Shown: piece by piece, positions 57,046 through 64,000 of the stretch
How the letters are laid out: every line of letters begins with the position of its first letter
How positions within the stretch are numbered: position 1 is the first letter of the stretch
Assembly: GCA_038496445.1 (NCBI GenBank)
Contig: JALMLS010000612.1
Location: 682,001 to 746,000, forward strand
Direction of reading: 5' to 3'
DNA from: Trichosphaerium sp. ATCC 40318
Lineage: Eukaryota; Protista; Tubulinea
Length of the DNA: 64,000 nucleotides
The notes under the pieces: model-generated
What the model was told of the DNA's origin: nothing
The model's database searches: none
What the model saw: only the letters and a program-made list of their open reading frames with translations
Position numbers and translations under genes: made by a program

Positions 57046-57302
57046 ATAGAACTAATCAATAAAGAACACTTCATACATACTTTGAATATGAGTTTCTTAG
57101 CTCCAACAACCTCTTCAATACCTGCGTTTGTGACAAAAACACAACCGTACCTATGTTAATATCATATACACCAATCAATGCCTTAATCTATCACGTCTGT
57201 ATACTCTCAAAGTGTGCTTTTTTATCGCACGTGTGATTTGCGTGTATTTTTATAACGAGCAAACCGCATTTGTGTCTACTCTATCTGAAGCAAGAAAACA
57301 CA

Positions 57303-58618
57303 ATGTCACGCCTTCAATGCTATACCACTTTGTTGGCTTTACTCATTACCACAATATTCGCAGTCGTACCAAATGATAGATACTTTGATCTCTTTGATAC
57401 ATCTGCTGTACTTATCTCTGGCTTCTCCTCTGCAGGCGCTAAATACTTTTCTGAGTCCTCAACAATAGTTGGTGGTAAGCTTACTTTCTTGTATGTTTTG
57501 CTTTATGCCTTCTTGCAAATGTACTACAGGTTCAAGAGAGATGACAATATCAGCTTCTGGTGGTAGTAATGGAGGCAAGTGTACTTTCACAAACGGAACG
57601 TTTGTAGCTGAATCCCTTGGGCTACGAACCAGCTGTGGAGCCCACTACACAAAAGCACCAAGTACACTACCTACAATTGGCTTTGATATTGGCACAGTTA
57701 ATCTAGAGAGCGATCTCGAATGCGGTACGATGAAACAACAGGCGACAAGTGTTTTTCTTTTTGGCGTTCACAAATGATACACTAACTTCACCACAAGACT
57801 GTTGGTTGTTTGGCATGAAAGAATCACATGTTGATTCTCAAGTTACAGTGCTCGGTATTTTGAATAGCTATGCTATTGTATCCGCTTAAGCCCGGTTCCG
57901 TTTGTCTCTGTACAAAATAGCCTACCTGTATGGGATTCACAACAGTGTTTCTCTTTTCAACAGGGTGTAGTACACAATGATTTTAAAGAGATTTATTTTT
58001 TTGTAAATTCTGAGCAAATCAAAAGAACAGAAATTGAGTACTCTTGTTGCTCTGCTCAATTGCTGTGTAAACATTCATTGATCAAGAATACCCCTGGACC
58101 CGTAGTAATAGGTACAAGCTGATAATTTTTCGCTGTACTAAAACAGTGAAGGTGATATTTTCAACGGAAGCACATCGTGCACAAACTATGATTTGAGTTC
58201 AAAACAAGTCAAAATTAGTTTTGATTTTCCTCCTTCAGTTGGGACATTTGGTTCTATTTCATGTCAGGTACAATTGTTCTATTGAAGTATGCTAACACTT
58301 CCCAAGAATGGTGTAACGACATCTTCTACAGCTACAGGAATAGAGACAAGCTCCTTTTCGTTCCCTAGTAGAACTCACCAAGAGTGCAACTTTCAAATAG
58401 TAGTAACAGGTAAGCCGTTTACTTAGTGCACTTATAATTTGAATGACGTCTTCGCAAGGTTCGGGTACTGTACCAGACTTACATGGCACCATAACCAGAC
58501 ATTTCTACTGGAGTATCAAGACGATCTACAGAGCTCAGTATAGAGTACGTCAATCTGAAGCACTGATACATTTTCTTAAATCAATGAAGTGGAGAATCTC
58601 GATGTCAAGCTACGGTAG
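57303..58618 (+). CDS. Hypothetical secreted beta-rich protein; 3' end approximate
   Basis: Signal peptide MSRLQCYTTLLALLITTIFA; in-frame exons (…IVGGSREMTISASGG…, …FSFPSRTHQECNFQIVVTGSG…). No family recognised. Confidence 0.6.
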
Positions 58619-58808
58619 TAACTCCAGGATTTGTTGTATAGTTTTAAATAATAAACTTGTGCGTTTCATGTTACTTTTCAGGTACTGATTTATAGTTATA
58701 AGCCAGTTAGCTTCAAAATAGTCTACAGCAGTCAAGCCGTTAAAACAATTAGCACTTAGTTACGGTTAAGTTTGGTATTCCGCCGGTGTATTGCATTTAG
58801 TGCATGTC

Positions 58809-60569
58809 ATGAAGGTTAAGAAAGCTCCAGAGTCGCATGGCTCCTATTTTGTATCACTTAGGTTGGTTTGTACCAACAATTGTACCAAAACGACTCACTA
58901 ATAATAGTATAACGGTCTTGGCCGTCTCCATTGCATTTTATGTGTTTTTTGGTGGCGAACAAACCCTCCAGCAGAAGTTGACACATACAGAACCATCAAA
59001 GCAAGAAACTCAATTTCTTATCCTCTATCGTAACAAGAATTAGATTTAAAGCTCCAGGGTTTGACATCCGAGGTAAAGTCCCTCGTTTACAGTGGCAACC
59101 GGAAAAAGCATTCGCAGAAGAGGTTAGACGCTTAACAGTTGCGTTATTGAACGCTTTTAGATCGCTTCATATCGTAGACCGGTAATACTTTACGAAACTG
59201 CCCTTAGCGAATGGCCATGCGCAGTGTGGTCGCCTGCAGAAATTATAACACGTACATACGACTCATTTATTAGAGCCAGCGTTGCACCTTCAAACGCAGA
59301 AAACAAGCTTGGTACGCATGATTACACGCGTAGGAATACTGTCTTACGCTCGTAGTCATTCCAATGTACCATCATGCTAAAAATGGTCTCCAAACAATCG
59401 ACAATAGCTATAGTGTGCCCTCCGAAAAGCGAGACATGACAGTAACTGATTTCTGGTCAGCAATCTTTGAAAGACAAGAACCACTTTACTTTTCTGGACT
59501 TATTTCAAATTTTCCTTATTTAAAAGGTATGTGCTCTACAATAACGCTTGTATTAATGTTGACAAAGATGAAATGCCTTCAGATTGGCCTTATTGGGTTA
59601 CACCAGAAAGATTTGATGAGCAGCACGTGGTCAAATTATGGATGAGCCAAACGAACACAACAGCACCTACTCACGTACTAAGCTCTCTCTTTTTTTCTTT
59701 TTTTGTCACAACTAAAACAGCTCTTTTATTCAATCATTTCCCGACTTAAGTAAGTCTTTTGTGAGCTAATAAATGTTTGATAGTACGACAAGAGTCATAA
59801 CTTTCATAACCAAATTTGGGGTTCTAAAAGGTTTATCTTATCAGAACCTGGCGAACATTTGAAGCTTAATCTATTTCCAGGCACGCCATGCCATACTAAC
59901 GTCAGACTATTTTATCTAACATAACAGTAAATAGGTATGCATCCACGCAGGCTTCAGTCACAATTAGATCTTGGCATATCAGGCACAAAGACAAGCAAGA
60001 TGAAGAGACCTATACGTGCTTTAGAAGCAGTCCTTCATCCAGGTGATGTACTATATATACCGCCTTTTTGGTTTCATACTGTGAGCGCTATAAGCCCTGG
60101 TATTGGTACTAATTTTTGGACAACATCAACTGAGATGATTCTTTGGAAAGAGCTTAAACAACTTCATGTTCCTATTAGACGTGATTGGGATAAAAAAACT
60201 CTTATTGTAGCTATGCACGTTTATATCAAAGCTGTAACCAAAATAGCATATGAGTCACATACGTTTGGGTTAATGAAAATGAGAGATATGGCAAAAACGC
60301 AATTTGTTAAATTGTATGAGAACAGAAAAGAAGAAATGACACCCAAGGATTTCTCTTGTCATTTAGATGACAAGGAGTTTGTCAAGACTGTCGAAAAACA
60401 TATGAATACTGAAGGTATGGTACAGACAATGAAAGGTATAAAGATTATTTCGGATGCATACAAGAATAAGCATGTTAGAGATCTTGAGCTTTTTGCATTT
60501 TTTGAAGAATTAACATCTTTATGCATTGGTATTGAGAATTTGTTTGCATTTATGTCTAGCTGTATATAA
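58809..60569 (+). CDS. Membrane-anchored JmjC/cupin_8 2OG-Fe(II) oxygenase (FIH/JMJD5/JMJD8-like)
   Basis: N-terminal TM (ITVLAVSIAFYVFF); RPVILYETALSEWP, KLWMS..TAPTHYDKSHNF..QIWGSKRF, LHPGDVLYIPPFWFHTV, NFW. Confidence 0.88.
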
Positions 60570-60708
60570 AAAAATGTAATTACATAATAAACACTTTTTT
60601 ATACACTATTGATAGTTTAATTTTAATACAATCAACATAGACTCTGAACAGTAGACGTTCAAAGTGTTAACCTTTTACATCTTTAAAAAAAATTCACTGA
60701 ATTTGATT

Positions 60709-61561
60709 TTAAATATCCCAGACATCAATAGCTACCCTGTTGTGCGGATTCTCAAGTTCAACCTCTCTCTTCTTTGTAAGATGTTTATCATATTCTAGTT
60801 TTGATAAAAAGTAGTCACCCTCTTCGATAGGTGCACTCGTTGCAATTTTGATAACCCAATTTTCTTCATTTGGTGGGTCAATGCCATCTTCTGATTAACC
60901 GTGGTTAATACAGGTCTTTACATATGCAGTGTATGTAATGTTTATGTACCTGGTTCTAGTAAACCTTGCATGTCGTCATCACTAACTAATTGTAGTGCTT
61001 TATTAAAGTTAATAATGTTACCATTTACCTGAAAAAAAGTTTGTTAGTTTTTGATCATTCATCAGAGAAAAGTTCTCCTCGAAAACAAACATACAGGTGA
61101 ATTAATTGGAAGCTCCTCTAGACATGGCGTCAATGGATCGAGTCGATCTGGCGTCTTAAGTACAGTAAGTTGATGTTAGAATAACGCTTGAACAGTACCA
61201 AATCAGTTGGCTGAGCTATCATCATAGCTATTGTTTGCCCTTGTCGCACTGGCGCGCCTATTGTATAATCGAACGATTGAATGCCCAGTGGCGTGATCTA
61301 AACATCATTAACTGACAAAATGTAATTTCAATAATGTACCTTTGGTTTGTACGCAACCCCAATTGTAATACCTTCTGCGTTGCTTCTAACCCACAAGTGG
61401 TCACGGGTATAAACTAATTTACTTTCTATCTCTTCTTCTCCAATAACCCTAAAATCACAATACCGACGCGTAGAGACTGCTATGGAAGGCCTTAAACGAG
61501 TCGACGTCACCGAACATGTCGTTCTAGTATTAAAAGCGCGGCGCGATGCCCGTAATAGCAT
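60709..61561 (-). CDS. Mitochondria-targeted glycine cleavage H-protein-like paralog lacking the lipoyl lysine
   Basis: Arg-rich presequence; YTRDHLWVR..ITIGV; VRQGQTIAMMI...PINSPVNGNIINFNKAL; PPNEENWVIKI; no ESVK motif. Confidence 0.8.
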
Positions 61562-61772
61562 TGAAATAATATACAGGTAATGTGTTGCTGCTTTAGAGTT
61601 GTAAATGTGGTACCAGCTTAAGCATTTAAGTGTCGCACTTTCAAATATTCAAAACCCGCCCACTTTGTGACCTCTTGGAAAGCGCCTTGAAACAACAAAT
61701 ACGCTAGCTTACAACCAAACAACATAAAAGCTAAATTGTCAGAGTTATAACTGACATTGCCAATATTTAAAC

Positions 61773-64000
61773 ATGGACGCTATAGAGGCTTGCAAAGAAA
61801 ACATACAACCAATACGAAGCGGTAGAAAAATTCAAGCGCTACAAAAAGCAATTAAACGCCCTTTACAACCACACCACGACCCTGAAATCGAACGGCAGAG
61901 AGCGTTAGTAACGTCTTTAATCATTATACGCTGATTGTTTTCTTTTAGCGAATTTGAGAAACAATTGAGCATCTACGAAGGTAACGATCCTCTTGCACTA
62001 TGGCGTAGGTATGTGTTAACAACCGAAAAAAAAAGTGGCGGGCTTTTATCGTTACTTTTTGGATTTGTTTGAAAAAACCGCAACGAATACTTTTTTCTTC
62101 TGCAAAAAAATAACTTTCCTTCAGTTACATCAAATGGAATCAAGACGTATTCCCTTCAGGTGACCCACGGTCCCAGACTCTAGCAATACTAGAGCGTTGT
62201 ACTGCGGAATTCCAAGATGAAGAGAAATATAAAAACGATAGAAGGTATCTTAAAACATGGTTTCAATACGTAAGTATACGCGATAAGGTTTATTATTACG
62301 TTGTAACTAATAACTTTTGATTTTTTGTAGATTGACTTGAGCACTGAACAAAACCAGATTTTCAAGTTTATGGAGAACAAGCAGATCGCCACAAAGCGTG
62401 CTATGTTTTATATTGGTATGTCACTACCGTTGAAGAACGTTAGAGGGCTTTTTGCTTATTCTTTATTCCAGGTTGGGGTAGAATGCTCGAATCCGTAGGA
62501 TGTTATAAAAGAGCTGGAAAAGTACTTCAACAAGGCCTTGATCGTGGTGCTGAGCCAACAAAGAGTCTGGAAGAGTACTTTCTTGCATTTCATCAACGGA
62601 CAGTTGACAGACCGCAAATGCCTGTACAGTCAAGTACACGAACGCCACTCGGTGCCTTAAGGTATTTTTGAACCTTGTCATTTCTTATGGTTGTAACTGA
62701 TCGTTTGTTGTAGTTCTTCAAGGTCCCGAAGTGGTCTTGGTGTACGTGGAGGAACGTCACGTTCTGGACTTGGCAGATCGACTACAAAGCGAAAAGCAAA
62801 CTCTAACGGATTTACCGTATACACAGACGATTCCGAAGATAAAGGATCGAGCCATCCATCAAAGAAACAAAGAAGAGATCTATCAAAAGGCCGTGAAGCG
62901 TTCAAGCCTGTTTGGGGTACGTGCACGTTCATTTCGTACTTTTTTCTGATCAAACAAGAAAATCGTTTGTTTTCTTCTTTGAAATCATGTCTTTTTTATT
63001 CTTTGCGTCTTTTGCGTCTTTATTAGTGTTAAGTGTATTGTAGACTCCCTAGGAACGGAAAAAGATAGACTTAAGGAAAATACAGTTAACCCAAAACGAT
63101 GGTACGTAGTACTTCTTCAGTGCCCATGTGCTTTAAGTTGCTTCTTTTAACACCTTTTGATTTTAGGACTGAGACTCCACTTTCGATGAATGAACGTAAA
63201 ACAAAAACTGCTCCTACGCCTAAATTTTCTGTCTTTGTTGACCCTAAGACAAAACCGAAAAAAACAAAGAAGAGCTCAAAGAATTCTGGTAAACGTTCTT
63301 TTGATCAAATCAAGAGGGATTTATTAGAAAAGTACCTAACAATGGCAGAAATTAAAAAGCAAGGTAAGCAGCCAAACATCCAAAAAAAAAGTGCCAAAAG
63401 AGAAAGGCCTTTCAAAGATGAGTAGTCTTATTGATTGATGTCTTTTAGGTTATCGAATAAATCATACGAAAAGGACTGTAGAAAAAGCTTGCTATAATAT
63501 TGAACACAATGGCGAGACATACCAATTTGAGGAACTGTAGTACGTTATCTTGACACCACTTTGTTTTCAGGACAAAGTCCAAATAAATTCCTTCTTTATT
63601 CTCATTTCTATTTAGTGCTATGCATAAGGGTTATCCTCGTAGATTTCCACTTGATGACGAAGATGATGAACTACCATCGGATCAATCTGATATGGAGATC
63701 GACTCTGATGATGGTATGGACGATATGGATGGTGATGAAGAAGATGATGAGAACATTGCACCATCTCAATTCTCTAACATTCTAAAAAATGACATTGACG
63801 AGAATGCTCCGCCATCACGATTCTCACTTGTTGCTAATGATGAGAATGGAGACATTGATGAGAATACCCCTCCTTCACAATTCTCTACAAGAACTGAGAA
63901 ACCTTCTCTTTTCTCTTCCACACAATCAACAAACCTTCTCTCACCTCACCGAGAAAACGCACCTTTGTTTGGCAGTAACGCACTCAGTGCTTCTTTGCGT
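61773..64000 (+). CDS. BUB1: BUB1/BUBR1 (MAD3)-family spindle checkpoint protein, N-terminal part; truncated by the window end
   Basis: MDAIEACKENIQPIRSGR (KEN box), NDPLALWRSYIKW, LERC..KYKNDRRYLKTW, second KEN (LKENT), ABBA-like FTVYTD and FSVFVD, GLEBS-like YQFEE. Confidence 0.93.

Overview
A gene-dense, intron-rich eukaryotic (protist, probably amoebozoan-like) nuclear segment. It is AT-rich and uses the standard genetic code. I can model 29 protein-coding genes by hand. They are split by roughly 250-300 short introns (hand estimate, mostly 40-70 nt), which is why the ORF track is so fragmented. Recognisable genes: P4-ATPase flippase, HSF-type factor, cyclophilin, ubiquitin-eL40, AP-3 delta, Rab2-like, eIF3i, JMJD7, UBR7, ZUP1/ZUFSP, PCYT2, DPP4-family peptidase, carboxylesterase, OST-alpha-like, SDR, BUB1/MAD3. 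I found no rRNA, tRNA, CRISPR array or clear transposon. The main points of interest are: (1) two U12-type minor introns and at least nine GC-AG introns, often with weak exonic context; (2) a Ki-67-type FHA + TP/SP-rich region + chromodomain + winged-helix-like protein with a CDE/CHR-like promoter element; (3) a putatively mitochondria-targeted tandem-repeat + PD-(D/E)XK/RAP-like nuclease; (4) an F-box-Arf GTPase fusion; (5) a divergent eIF5A paralog with a ~55-aa insertion; (6) an H-protein paralog with no lipoyl lysine; (7) a putative transcription-factor gene whose long intron holds three hairpins with the same TTCGAACAAA arm. All gene models are manual and need RNA-seq confirmation. Coordinates are gene spans including introns.
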